A stretch of 64,000 nt of DNA from the human T2T-CHM13v2.0 reference genome, Homo sapiens (GCF_009914755.1 NC_060930.1); one strand, 5' to 3'; shown: positions 52,021-64,000, counted from the stretch's first letter. Made by a program: numbers and translations. Notes: a model not told the origin generated them from the letters alone.

Positions 52021-54955
52021 AAACTGAGTGTTTTTCATAAAAACTAATGAATAATCTACCTTTTCTATAAATAAAAGTCATTACAGATGATTTGAGAAGC
52101 ATCAAAAAAATCCTAAATTCCCAAAAGAATTCTTATTCTGACGTTAGTTTTACATTCTATGGAACAAAAAATGCCACACTTTCATTTTACCTAAATTATC
52201 TATTAAGAGAATTTACATACAAAAGCACTTTATATTAACTTAAAAAATGTAATTGATGAAACCAACTACCCTAATTTAGAGTCTCTGAAACATTAATTTT
52301 TAAAAATCACCACATTGGTTAGGATTCTAAGGTATGCAAGTCTTAGTTTTATTCTTATTCTTTTCTTTCTTTCTAATGCTAGTCTTAAAATTGCCTCTGG
52401 TATTTTCTAAATGTGCTCAGAAGTCCTAGGGCTCTGGTAGTTTTTTAACTAATAAAATAAACATAGCAATAGAGTACCTGCAGTTCTGCTAACAATATTG
52501 TTTATATTATAAGTCCAATCCACAAAGGCTACAGAGAAAAATATCCAGTATAAACAAACATTACTTAGATACCAGTGGCATCTTAAAGCAGCACACCCAA
52601 GTCTCAAAATGCAAAAGGGAAAAATTTTCCACTCCCACGATGCCAGGCACAACTCCCTGGTAAAGCACTTGTCAGGTAAAAGATAGTGACATTGCCTCTG
52701 TTACTGTGAAGTTGGAGAGGAGGTGTGGGTGTGAAGCACATCAGTAATTCTCTCTCTTCATTTTTTCATCCTCTTTTTTTCCCCTCAATTTATCTCTTCT
52801 TTTCCACAATGTCTCTCCTTTCTCCATATTTCCCACTTTGAGCTGCTCTCCCATCCCCAATTCCAACAAAAAAGACAGCTTTGTCCTTTAATTCTGTTGT
52901 TTAACATCAATCTCTAAATTTTACACAACACACATTCATAAACACTACTGGATCATATTTTCAAAAGAATATACAAAGGGCAAAGAGGGGGTTGAAATGG
53001 GCTGGGGTTAAAGCTAAGAAAAAAATTATCCACTGGTATTTGCAATGCCTAACCTTCTAGCTGAGAGAGAAGTTAAACCCTCCAAAAAAGCAGGAGTCAG
53101 CCAAGAAATGAGGAGGAGGTAAGACATAAAGGCTCATGTAGCCCTATGAGAAACACATGAGCCAGTACAGCCACCTCACCAGGCCGGAACAGGCAGCTGA
53201 AACCTGAGGAGTGCCTCCTCTAAGTTTGCCCTTTACTTCTAGAGCCCAAAGGCTTAAAATTGAGGAATGAGGACATGTTGCTCTTTAAGACTGATCCCAG
53301 CTGAGTCCCTGATCCTTTCCAAGCAGACACATCTTCCCAAACTCTTGCACATACTTCTGTTGCTCCTTAGCACTACTAAGTTTTCCACTCTGCTTACACT
53401 TATCACTCTCCCCTTACTTAAGGCGTTACCATTAAATAAAACGTCGTATCTTAGTTTTCTCAATTGTAAAATGAAGATAATTATAACTACAGAGTTAAGG
53501 GGATTAAATATTCTAATATTTATAAAGTGTTTAGGACATGAAACATGTCTCAGTGTTTGGGACATGAAAGTATTTGTTTAAACAAAATAAAAATAAAGTA
53601 AACCATCTGTGAATACATATACCCAAATTCAAACAACAATAAGTTTTTTCCAATGGCAAAACAGACTTCAAACAGAAAAGAATACTGAGTGTATTGAAGT
53701 TGCCACTCTATCATCAATTCTACAGAATTACTAAGGACTGAGAAAGATTCCCTAAGAAACCGGGTTTTATCTTAAACTTCCATATTTAGTCAACTTTGGT
53801 CCTGAAACACTAATTATTAAGGAAGAAACACATCTATTTGTTTTCTGAAACCACATTTTATAAAGTGGAAATATGAGTCTACCCTTAGCATGGAACATCC
53901 TGTGTCTGACTATTCAGCATTGCAAGTCATTTGCATTCTTTAGGTATTATTTAGATAATATTATTTAAGACATTTCACTGTATATTCTTAAAAAAGAGTT
54001 TGAGGAACTCTTTTTTAAGAGTTCAAACTTACTTTCATTTCGAGTCAGGGCTACAATAAAATGAAAAGGACGGCTATGATGAAAACAGAAAAAAAAAAGG
54101 GGACAATATTGAATGACAGACAAGAAAATAATGCCAGCTTCGTGACAATGGGGCTATCTACTATGCTTATAATGCGTGAATAAGTAAATGATATAATGGC
54201 ATCAAAACTTACTATAAACAGAGATCAGAGTGTTCTTGAATATGGGCCTACCTATCTGGGAAGTATAAAATTACCTCATTAAAGTGAAAACTCTGCTTTA
54301 AACTTTAATTTCCCTATTTCAAAATTGCTTTTAAGGTAAAAATGTTCTAAAAACATGCCTGGAGTCTCAAGATAAATTACCAGAAATTAACAACTATGTG
54401 GTTTTTTATTTTTCTATTAAAATTTAGGAATAAGTTTAACTATTTTTTCCTGGTCATTGAAATATAAATTGAAAAAATTTTAAATTGAAATGTCAACTTA
54501 TAAACCTGTAACACAGATAACTATATTAAAAATAACTTCTGAAAGACTGATTTCACAAATTTAAGGCCTAGAAAATTTTAAACATGTAAACACCTGTTCT
54601 CTAAGTTATAGTAATATAATGTTAAGATTTTTAAAATATATTTGACTTTTTAAAAATATTGTGTTTACAACAAAATTCTACTCATAGCAATTCAAGGAAT
54701 ATAATTAGAGGTTTTATGAAAATAGATAAATCCTTATTTAATAGAAAGTATTAGCATTGATATTTTTAATCTACACAAATGGAATTTAAAAATTTCCAAA
54801 AGTTTCTGTTAAAGATATACAGTTTTGAAGTGTTAAGCTTGTCTAAAAGAGTTCTAACTTCTGCAGGAAGAAAAGTGCACTTCATTTAAGCAAGAAATTT
54901 CCATTACTTCTAGATTAAGAAGCCACACCTCATACAACTACTGACAGGAAAACAT

Positions 54956-54961
54956 TTTAAT
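54956..54961 (-). terminator. Candidate proximal poly(A) signal ATTAAA
   Basis: tttaat on plus strand; GU-rich tract (TAGTTGTATGAGGTGTGG) ~20-35 nt downstream on the minus strand. Confidence 0.45.
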
Positions 54962-57164
54962 TCAAACCTCTACCACTACCCAGCCTGAAGCAAAGTTTAA
55001 AAAAAGAAAGAAAGAAAGAAAGACACAAAAATACAAGCACAACTCACATTTTCAAATAAAGGAAACTCTTGCTAAATAAGTAGCAATTATGCTGAAGAAT
55101 TTATATGCTAAAGCACGAATGAATATAAAAACACCAGAGCAGTCAACCATAGCTTTAGCACTTTGAGTATGATTAACAGAATGAACTTCCAAAGGTCAAT
55201 TAAATGTCGACACACTTTAAAGAGATATTCTTAAGCCTGGTCAATGTATAACAGCACCTCTTAATTCAGGGGTATCCGTCTTAGTTTAGGCATAACATGC
55301 ATGGGATAAATGTACATATATATACAGAATTACAACATGTCTCCAACCAGATTACTACAGAAACTCATGTATCACCTACCCTAGAGTTTTGACTATGTTA
55401 GTATTTTCCAAGTTATGAAATGATTAAAAGAAAACATAAATATATTACTATGTAACACTATCCAATGAAGATGAAATGCTTGGGACTAAGGTTTATCAAG
55501 AAGTTGATCCTATTTATTCAACAATATGAAATCATTCCCAAGGATAATGCTATATTGTCCACAATATGTATTATCCAGATAACTAAGTCACCCCCCATAA
55601 CCTTCCCTGAATTCTTGTGGTTAAAGAGTTTGGAGAAAAGGAATATGACATTTAAAAATTGCCAAGTTTAGCATCAGAAATTTCTGGGATAGTATAGAAC
55701 AAGTCCTGAAGGCACTAAGTGCCCATTACTGACATTTCCATCCAAGAACTCAGTAAGATCTTCAATCCCATCCCACGTGAACTAGGCCAAGTTGTCCAAG
55801 AACCTCAGAATAAGCAAAGACCACCAAGATTATCTGACCCAATTGTCTCCACTTAACAGATCAGCAAATATAGATCCAGAGAGGTAAAGTAACCTGGTTT
55901 GGCTCACACAGCTCCTTAGCAGCTGTCTTAAAACTCAGTCCAGTGCTTTCTTCTCTACAAGAAGTCCATCATGTACTTTTTTTTCCCATTAGGACTTTAA
56001 GACCAGGACATAATTGTCCAAATAACGGGGGCTACCATCAGAATTCAGAGAAAGCTGGGATTTTTAAGAAGCTAATGATCTGGGAAGGCTCCAAGGAGAA
56101 GCTGGAAATTGAAGAATGAGTAGAATCTGGGTGGTCTGAGAGGAGGCATCACTAATGAGGGAAGCAATATGGGCTCAAGCATAGTGTTGAGCCTGCCATA
56201 TTCCTGAACTACAGAGACAATGTTTAGAGGAAAATGGGGTTTTAAGGCCACCTTATAAGCCAGGCAAAAAAGGTTCAATATGATGAGAGAACAAATAGAA
56301 AGTTATTAGGGGACTTTTATTTTAGAAACCTGATGTGATGAACGCAGAGACTAGTCTAGCAAAAGGTGTGCAAGAATGGAAGTGGGAAGAGAGAAAGACT
56401 TGAGGTGCTTCATAGGGGTCTGTTTAATAATATTAATATCTTATAGGGTTTTTGTGAGGAACAAGTGAGCTGATAGGAGAGAAAGTATTTGTCAAGAATA
56501 AATGCCCCAGAAAGTAAAATTATATTAAAATTCTGGGGGTAGGGGCCTCTCTGACCGTATCTCCATTGTTTTGGTGACACACACTTCTCTATAAAAGCAA
56601 ATCTGGAGAGGAACTGTGGATCTATTCCTATAAGATCAAAGAAATCTCTTCCCTTCAATATTTGCAAAAGCTAGATCCCAAGGGAGAGAGACAGCTGCCA
56701 TCCTTAAGCCCCTGCAAGGCTATAGATCAGTAATGCTAAAATCCAAAACTAGGATTCTGTCTTTGAGGCAGACCACATAATCAGTGTGTCTCAAAGTGAG
56801 TCAAGAAAGTATATAATTAAGTGCTAAATAAGGTAGTACAAGTAAGGAGGAGAGTAGAAGAGACAGCACCTGAGCCAAGGAGGTACATGATCAAAGTTAT
56901 TACCTGGCACTGCAGCACTGCAGTCCACATCCTTCTCCTATCCCTTTCCCTCTGCTCAACAACTACTACTTCCATTGTGTCCAGAGGTACTTATCCCCTC
57001 CTGTGTTGTGTTGTCTTCCTCTCTTTTCCTTCTTCTACAGCAACTCTCCAGGACTAAAAAGGAAATTTGAAAAAGTTATTATAATAAATTAAAAGCTACA
57101 TATATTAAATATATACCGTGTGATTTATTAGCTGATGTTTTAATTTATAATCTTACATAATTTA

Positions 57165-57320
57165 CAAAACAACTCCTATGAGGCAGTACTATTATCCTCA
57201 TTTTTCAAGTAAGGAAACAAACTTAGAGTCAAGGATGTAGGTTGAAGCCACCCAAGCAGTAAATGGCAAAACTAGGATTGCAATCAGGACTGGTTGACTC
57301 CTCAACCTATGCTTTGAACC
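57165..57320 (-). mobile_element. MIR SINE
   Basis: aactcctatgaggcagtactattatcctcattttt..aggaaac; aaatggcaaaactaggatt. Confidence 0.65.
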
Positions 57321-58040
57321 TCTCTTCTAAACAATCACTGCCCCCCGACCTTTTTTTAACTGATAAGCTTGAAAATTCTCACATGTTGGGCATTTATAGA
57401 TAGAGATTATAGGAGCCATTATATGAGTTTGTAGATTAAAGTTTTGACAACCAAGAACAGAGGTGCCTGGGCTTAGCCACACTTGCTTGCCAAATTATCT
57501 GCTTTAGGACTAAAGTTTTTGAAATCTGAGGCTTGAAGGATGTTGAAGGGACAGCCCTCCATCCACCATTCTTGTCTGTTCTCTCTCAGGTCATCCGTCC
57601 CTTAGGGTCCATTTCCAATCATTTGCTTGAAACGGTATATCCCTAGTTGAACAGAACGCTGGGACTGCCACTCCCACAAATCACCAACAGGTTAAGGAGG
57701 ATGGTGGGAGTATCCCACTAGTAGGAGGGGTCTGTGAACTGTGGTCTCTTGAGCCTTGTGTCCCAAAGCAGCCTTAACTCTGCTTGTAGGTGGTATATTC
57801 TATGTTGATTTACCTGCAGAGGTGGTTTCATGAAGGGTTCCCTGGCCACATGGCCCAACTAAGAGATGATGCCAACATGTCTGGTGCTGTAGGGGAAATG
57901 ATCAGAGCAGTGAGCATCTGGGGAGATTTTAATGTTCCTGGAAGAAAGCAACATGAGCATTACAACTGTGGCAAGAAAACTCTAACACTAATTCTTAAAA
58001 TTTAGTGTAATTAACTCTCACTTCTGAAGGAGTTCATTAA

Positions 58041-58168
58041 CCCATTTATGCCAGAGGTTGCACATTTTTTTGCGAAAAATCAGACCTTGGCAATGACCTC
58101 GAGCCGTAGGATATAAATAACTCCCACAAGCTCAGCATTCCAATAATGGAACACTAGGCATAAATGGG
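58041..58168. mobile_element. MER85 (piggyBac/PGBD3-derived MITE)
   Basis: TTAA at 58037-58040, TIRs CCCATTTATGCC / GGCATAAATGGG, internal imperfect palindrome ATTCCAATAATGGAAC (58137-58152). Right TTAA altered to TTTT. Confidence 0.92.
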
Positions 58169-58174
58169 TTTTAT

Positions 58175-58312
58175 GAACAGAAATTCTAGGTTCTGTTCAC
58201 AGACATTCTGATTATGTAAATGTGGGATGTGCCCAGGATTTTGAAGTTTTGTAAGCACTACAGGTGATTCTGACACAGGTGATCTAAGGACTACACTCTG
58301 AGATAAACTGCT
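58175..58312. mobile_element. MER5-type hAT fragment
   Basis: ttctgatt..gtgggatgtgcccagga..caggtgattctga..ggactacactctgagataaactg. Confidence 0.6.
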
Positions 58313-59203
58313 GTGATCTCTTACAAGATAGCCCAGCCAGCAAATCTGCACAGAGGAGAACCCATATTCTACAAAAATAGCCTGTTCAAATATCAATGCT
58401 AAGTTCTAGGTTGAGTGGTTACTTTGAAATAAGGCCACTAGGCTTTCCAGAAGTTGCCAGGTTTACAAATGGTGAAGTGGTGGGGGGGCGTTAGTATTTT
58501 CCTGATGTCACCAAATAGACCCTCAGAGGAATAAGGGCATCTCTCACTGCAGTCCACATTCCACATTATACCTCTTCTACACAAAGTGATTGTCTAGAGT
58601 GAAGACCTTCTTGGCAAGATGCTACTTCCAGTGCTTAATTTACATTTGGTGATACACTGACAATAATTTTTCCTCACTGTGGATTTTGATTTCAAAAGGT
58701 ATACTTTCCTTCATGTAACTAAATTGGTTTATTTCAAGCTATTTTAAAAATGAATTTAAAAACAGCATTCAAGTGAGATATTATGGTTACGATTAGGCCA
58801 TTTAATTAGACATCCAATCACAATGCAAACAGCTACTGATTATTTAAGAAATATACCTTTACAAACGTTCGTGTTCTTCAAACAAAACTAGGTCATAAAA
58901 TGTACTACGTTAAATCAATACTGCTATCTTTCTCCTAGAAACCCTATCACTTGTCTTTGTCTCTTTTCAAATGCGTATACCTGTTTTAAAGCATAAACAT
59001 TTAGGCTAGATACTGGAACTAAGCTCTGTTTTTCTGCCAGTTCTTTCTTTGATACTTTCATTCTCTCCACTAAAGCATGATCATCATTCTCTTTAAGGAT
59101 GAACAAGATGGACTTTTAATTATTGTCATCTGAGTATTTTATTCAGCAAATATTGGTTGAGTATCTATACTTATGCACTTACTTTTGTAAAACACTTTTG
59201 TTG

Positions 59204-60907
59204 CTATAAGCTCCATGAAGAGAAAATGCCCAGTGGAGTACCTGAAATCTAGAATTCACTCTCATGAAATGGTGAGAAAACTGAAAGACTTTGTCATTTA
59301 CAGAACAAAATAATTTCTCCTGTATACACTACTGACAAAGTACACATGCATTATTTAAGAGAATTTTGGTTATGAAAAATGTGTGATTTTACTGTTTAGA
59401 GAAAAAAATGCAGGTTATCATGATAACCAAAAGTTTACACACCATTGTCTTGCAATACAATCTGTGACGACAATATTTCAATACCATTGCCGGACTAAAC
59501 CTTTAACATTAATTATTTATCAAAATTATACATGCCACTAACACATCTCAACAAAGAAGATTATGTAAGTGAGCTGCCTTGGCGTCAGTAATACTGAACA
59601 CAGTAGCTATTTTCAATCCTTCATTAAAATTAGATCAAGATGTACTTGCATTATGTGTTGCTGTTCCTGTAAGGAAGACTTACATTAGTTTTAAGATTTA
59701 CTTTGGGTATAAGTGACATTTTCCTCTCTTTTTTGACATTTCTTTTTCTTCTTTGTCCCCTCCTCCACTGCCCGCACCCCCCCAACCAAAAAAAGTTTTC
59801 AGTATAATACAGAAAACAAAAACACAAACACCTGCCCTGTTCACTCTCTCTTATGCATAATAAATGCTTTGTTCTCCCCCTCAACTGGATCCGGCAGGGA
59901 TCGCCCGGGGGCACCTGCCACTTCACCCTCAGACTTGGCTCTCTGTCCCCACCCTGGCCCCTAGGATTCCAAATGGTGCAGCAAAATACGACAATCCTAA
60001 GGTTCGTAAAATAAGCAATGGATAGTGAAGGAAAGCCTTTAAATGTTAGTGTTTTAAAACATCAGACTTAAAAGTTACTTCTGAGTAGGCTGAAAGGTGA
60101 ATCCAGGCGCATGTAAACATATCCTGGCCTACCGCTTGATAACTCGCGCACCGTGTTGAGGCCCTAGGAAAATCTCAAAAACGGAGATGTAGTCTAAAAA
60201 CTGGACGACAGCATAGACCACGTTGCTGTGGCCCCACATATTACCCACGAGAAAAATCTAAGTGGTAAAGTCACTGGTCCAAGGTCAAGCTGAGCCAGTC
60301 GCAGGCAGGGCTAGTCCGCGACCTTCTAACCTTTCCATCTCCCACCCAGCCGCGCACAGGCCCTTGGTCGCGCCGGCACCCGAAGAGTTCCCACGGATAC
60401 GGTTCCCAAGTCAGTGGCATGTCAGTGCCCTTCAAGCTACCGCAATTTTATTTGTTCTCCCCGCCAGCTCCATAAAGTATTAAAGGCTCTCTCCACGACT
60501 TCTTCCCAAGCCCAGGTGCCCTAAACCACTTGAGCCCACGGCGCCTAAAGCCGACTCACCCGCAGCCCGAGGTGCGGGAGCCCTCGGACGGACTCCGGCC
60601 CGCCCCGCAGTCCCCACCGGCCGCGCTGCGGCCCCGGCTGACGACGAGTCGAGAAAGTCACCCGCGATGACCGCGGACGCGAGGGGCGGGCCGCGTCGCG
60701 CCGCCCCGCGGAGGCGCCGCAAACTTTTCCCGGTTCGCAAGTTGCCGGGATCTGCGGCCGCGGACCGACTTCCTTCGCCGGCCACCGGAGGGAGGGGGCG
60801 CCCCTACCCCGGGAGGGGGCTGGGCGAGCCGGGAGACGGTCAAGTTGGGGTCGGGGGAGCGCGGGCGCTCCGCACTCTGGGGCACGCGGGGACGAGCCCG
60901 GCCGCAT
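59204..60907 (-). CDS. LINC00472: Putative 130-aa spliced ORF of LINC00472 (join 60907-60560, 59248-59204); protein doubtful
   Basis: ATG at 60907 (ACAATGC); 116 codons MRPGSSPRAPEC...PHLGLR plus 14 codons ISGTPLGIFSSWSL*. R/P/G/A composition reflects the CpG island. Confidence 0.3.
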
Positions 60908-61620
60908 TGTCTGCGCGGCCTCGGAACAAGCACGGCCGGCGGTGGCACCGGCGGGCGCGGGGAGGAGTTGCCGTCCCCTTTCGCCGCCGCCGCCCACCGC
61001 GTTCTTTGTGTGTCTCTCGCCGCCCTCCAGCCGCTTCGCCGCTCGCCTGACAGCTGATGGGCTCACCGCGCCGGGTCCCGCGTCCTCTCGGCCGCAGCCG
61101 GCGGAGCCCGGCCCGGCAGGAGGAGGAGGGGAGAAGAGGAGCGTTGACAGATGCTGTCTTGGAGCGGGCACCGCCGGGGGAAAAGTCTGGACTGCCTCGG
61201 CGAGAAGCGGCCAGTAGGCAACCGGCCCCAGCCTCGCATTCGCCTCAAAGACCCCAATTGGCTAGGAGCCCTTCCCTCCGCAGCGGCTCGCGCAGCTCCG
61301 CTCTTGCGCCCCGCGCCCGGCTCAGCGGACGGACTAGCGCGCCCGGTCAAGAATCCTGGGGAACCCGCTCCGCCCCCTGGCTCCAGCGCCCTCCAATGAT
61401 GTCGGCGTACAGAGGGCTGTTCCGCCCAATCAGGTGTCGGAAAGCCCAGCCAGTCCCCGGGAGTGTAGCCAATAGAAGGCGACTCCGGCAACACACCCGC
61501 CCTGATCCACTAGGAACAAACCGCTCCGAGCCCGGGTGGTGGGACCGATCCTGGAGCCCAGATCAAGCCAAGTCCGGCCAAAGCTGTGTCGCAAAGTAAG
61601 AATCTGAAGACAGGTCCGGT
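60280..61620. promoter_or_regulatory. CpG island / probable bidirectional promoter
   Basis: Very high GC and CpG density against an AT-rich background. CCAAT boxes at 61254 (palindromic CCAATTGG), 61393, 61426 and 61469; GC boxes at 61370 and 61422; no TATA box seen. Confidence 0.92.
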
Positions 61621-62659
61621 GCTTAAATGACTATTATTCTAAAGAGTTGAAGATGGGAACGGTGGACGCACAAAATCTTTACCCTCGGCTTAAAACGCCT
61701 TTTCTGGCAAAAGTTTGTGTATGAAAGAAAGCTGAACAAACACGTTGTAGCACTGTTTAAGTGAAGGCCTTTCCTTTTAGAACACTGCTTTACAATGCCT
61801 AATCAGCCGGCGCTCAGGTTGGTGCATTCAGAGACCCGAGCGTTTGTGTTCCTAATAAGTTTGCTAGAATGTCAGGTAACTGAAGCAGGTTAGTTTCTAT
61901 CCTGCCCCAAAACACAGACTGTCACTGGCACCACCATGTTGTGGTTTTTTCCATGAATGAAAATATAAGAGTTCTGTATGTAAATCATCTTTATTGTGAA
62001 CTTTATTTCTATAATAAAGTCACACAAACTATCTTTAGTGGAAGTTGGATGAAATACCGGAAAAGAAGAATGTAGAGATAGATGATAGATATGTAGGATA
62101 TCTCTATCCATCTGCCACCCATCTATCTATCAAGAAAGGACTTGAGTAAAGCACTGGCTATAAACGACTGTACCTTTTGATCACAGGACCTTACAAATAA
62201 TAGGCACACTAGTTATTTGTTTATTTGATTTGAATAGGATGACTCATTTGTTACTGTTCATATGAAGTTTATAAACTTCATTGAGTTGTTTACTGAAAGT
62301 GGACTACACCATGACGAAAACAGTATTTGGCAACACATATTTGCATCTTTTAAAATAAAATTACACTTATTTGTACTTCAAATAGTTACGTCAGTTTATT
62401 TCTTCGGGTAATAAACTGTGCATTTAAAAATTTTTGTACACATGTGGCATGTTCCTTCTTTATAAATTATTTTGATGACCAAATACATTTTTTAAAGGGT
62501 GATCTGTACAATGAACGGAAAGAAGAGAGAGATCTCAAACAAGAAAAATATGGCTATATTACCTCCTTGCTTTCGTGATTGAAACTCACCATGACTTACC
62601 ACATTAAGTTCGGGGGATAACATGACCCCTGAAATAAAGTTTTATCAACAGATCCAGGT

Positions 62660-62830
62660 TCTGGATTGACCTTGAGCCAATCTCTTAATGACTAACTCTG
62701 TTACAAGAGAACAATACGCCTGGCTCTACCTGCCTCCTTGGGGTGCTGTAAGATCCCTCCAAGATAGTGTTTGTCAAGCACTTTGCTTTCTGTAAAATAC
62801 TGTGCCAAGTGCAGAACAGTCTTAAATGTG
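62660..62830 (+). mobile_element. MIR SINE fragment
   Basis: gaccttgagccaatctcttaa..gggtgctgtaagat..aagcacttt..tgtaaaatactgtgccaagt. Confidence 0.5.
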
Positions 62831-64000
62831 TTATTATTCTCTGTTTATTATCAGAACATTAATATTTCCTCGACTGCACATTTTTTCAACTGAAGTATAT
62901 TTTTGAGCCCATCAGTTTTCTCTCAAAATAGATCTGAATGAAACTCCTGCCTGTTCATTCTAGATCAAAGCAGTACTTTCAGGGTTTCTTTCTCTTTTTT
63001 AATGAAGAGGATGTTAGAAGAGAAGAATACTGAGGAAAGAATTCTGGATGGAAAACGTTCGAGAAATTTTATTCACTCTTAGTGTATTCCTCTTAGTATA
63101 TTCCTCAAAAACAAGATGTATCATAATGTCCAGTTTAATACTCTGTTCATAATGTTTAAAAACTTAAGCAAGTTTCAATGTATATGCTTAAAATAAGTTA
63201 ACGTATCCCATGTCTGCTAATATAGTTTTAGATGGAAGTTGTAAATGGCTGGGTCAAAGTTATACCCATAAATCAATTACTGAATTTTAAATTTTGGGGG
63301 CATTTATTGAAGATTCACTTATCACTTTTGTACTTGTCAAAGAGGAAAATAAATGTGTATTTTTAGATTCCATGTGTCATAATATGTTTACTTTTTCCCA
63401 GAATATGGAGTCTAGTACAGAAGTTTAATTACTACTTCAAACAAATGTACATATGGTAACACTAGAATGTAAAATTTGCTGAATTTAGTTGAACCAGCAG
63501 TTGTAATTTTCAGTTAATTAACTGTATGTATTTCATTTTCTGAGTGAAAATTGTGGAAGAATTTATCAATATGAATATGCATGATTTACTAAGTATAGTT
63601 AAGTCAAAACCAGTGTGTGGTAATTTCCTGATAATCGACAAGTCCATACCCATTTATTACATGGAAATGAATATTTCAGTGATTGTCTGGGTAATATTTG
63701 TGATTTCACTGTGGTGATGTTTCATTCACTAACTGATATTTTCAGTTTTTCATCAGCGATTTTCTCATCAGTTGTCCAAAATGGAACAAAAGAGCTGAAG
63801 CTATTTTAGAGAGCTGTCAGTTTTAGCACATTTTTAAATGTTTATGAGAGAAATTGACTTTGGGGTCGGTTTTAGGATTTATAAAGATGGTTTTAAAAAA
63901 ATACATAGACATAGACATTGGTAAAGGTAATTAAAAAAATACATATACATCTTTTATAAGTTGCCTCACATGATCTGTGGTAATATGACTATAATATTAT

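Larger units (their letters stand above)
48358..61240 (-). ncRNA. LINC00472: lncRNA LINC00472 (C6orf155). Inferred exons ~61240-60560, 59248-59183, 57886-57814, 57053-(~54940 or ~48358)
   Basis: CpG island ~17 kb upstream of MIR30A on the same strand. Donors CGG|GTGAGT (60560), AAA|GTAAGT (59183), CAG|GTAAAT (57814). Acceptors TTCTAG| (59248), TTTCCCCTACAG| (57886), TTTCCTTTTTAG| (57053). The spliced ORF matches my recollection of the C6orf155 peptide. Ends are approximate. Confidence 0.8.

Noticed and set aside
60667-61599. Plus-strand ORFs of 127 and 180 aa in the CpG island
   Set aside because: Multiple frames on both strands are open because GC-rich DNA lacks stops; no recognisable domain.

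Overview
Primate (very probably human, 6q13) non-coding locus transcribed on the minus strand. A CpG-island promoter at ~60.3-61.6 kb heads the lncRNA LINC00472 (formerly C6orf155). Its exons can be reconstructed from splice signals: ~61240-60560, 59248-59183, 57886-57814, and a terminal exon from 57053 with candidate poly(A) signals at 54956 and 48378. Further downstream on the same strand lie two intact microRNA hairpins, MIR30A (44045-44115) and MIR30C2 (17564-17635), both with the basal UG, apical UGUG and CNNC Microprocessor motifs. The rest is AT-rich and transposon-rich: the 5' part of an L1PA7-like element (dead ORF1, open ORF0-like frame), a near full-length HSMAR2 mariner, MER85, MER1B, two THE1 and two ERV1 solo LTRs, about a dozen Alus, L2/MIR relics, and a palindromic two-block minisatellite. 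No credible protein-coding gene, tRNA/rRNA or CRISPR array is present. I see no clearly new biological system. The best leads are an NMD-switch/poly(A)-choice architecture in the miR-30 host, an open L1 ORF0 aimed at the miRNA locus, a MER85 near the promoter, and palindromic structures within the primary transcript. Gene and repeat names come from recognition of the sequence, not a database search; repeat boundaries without TSDs are approximate.
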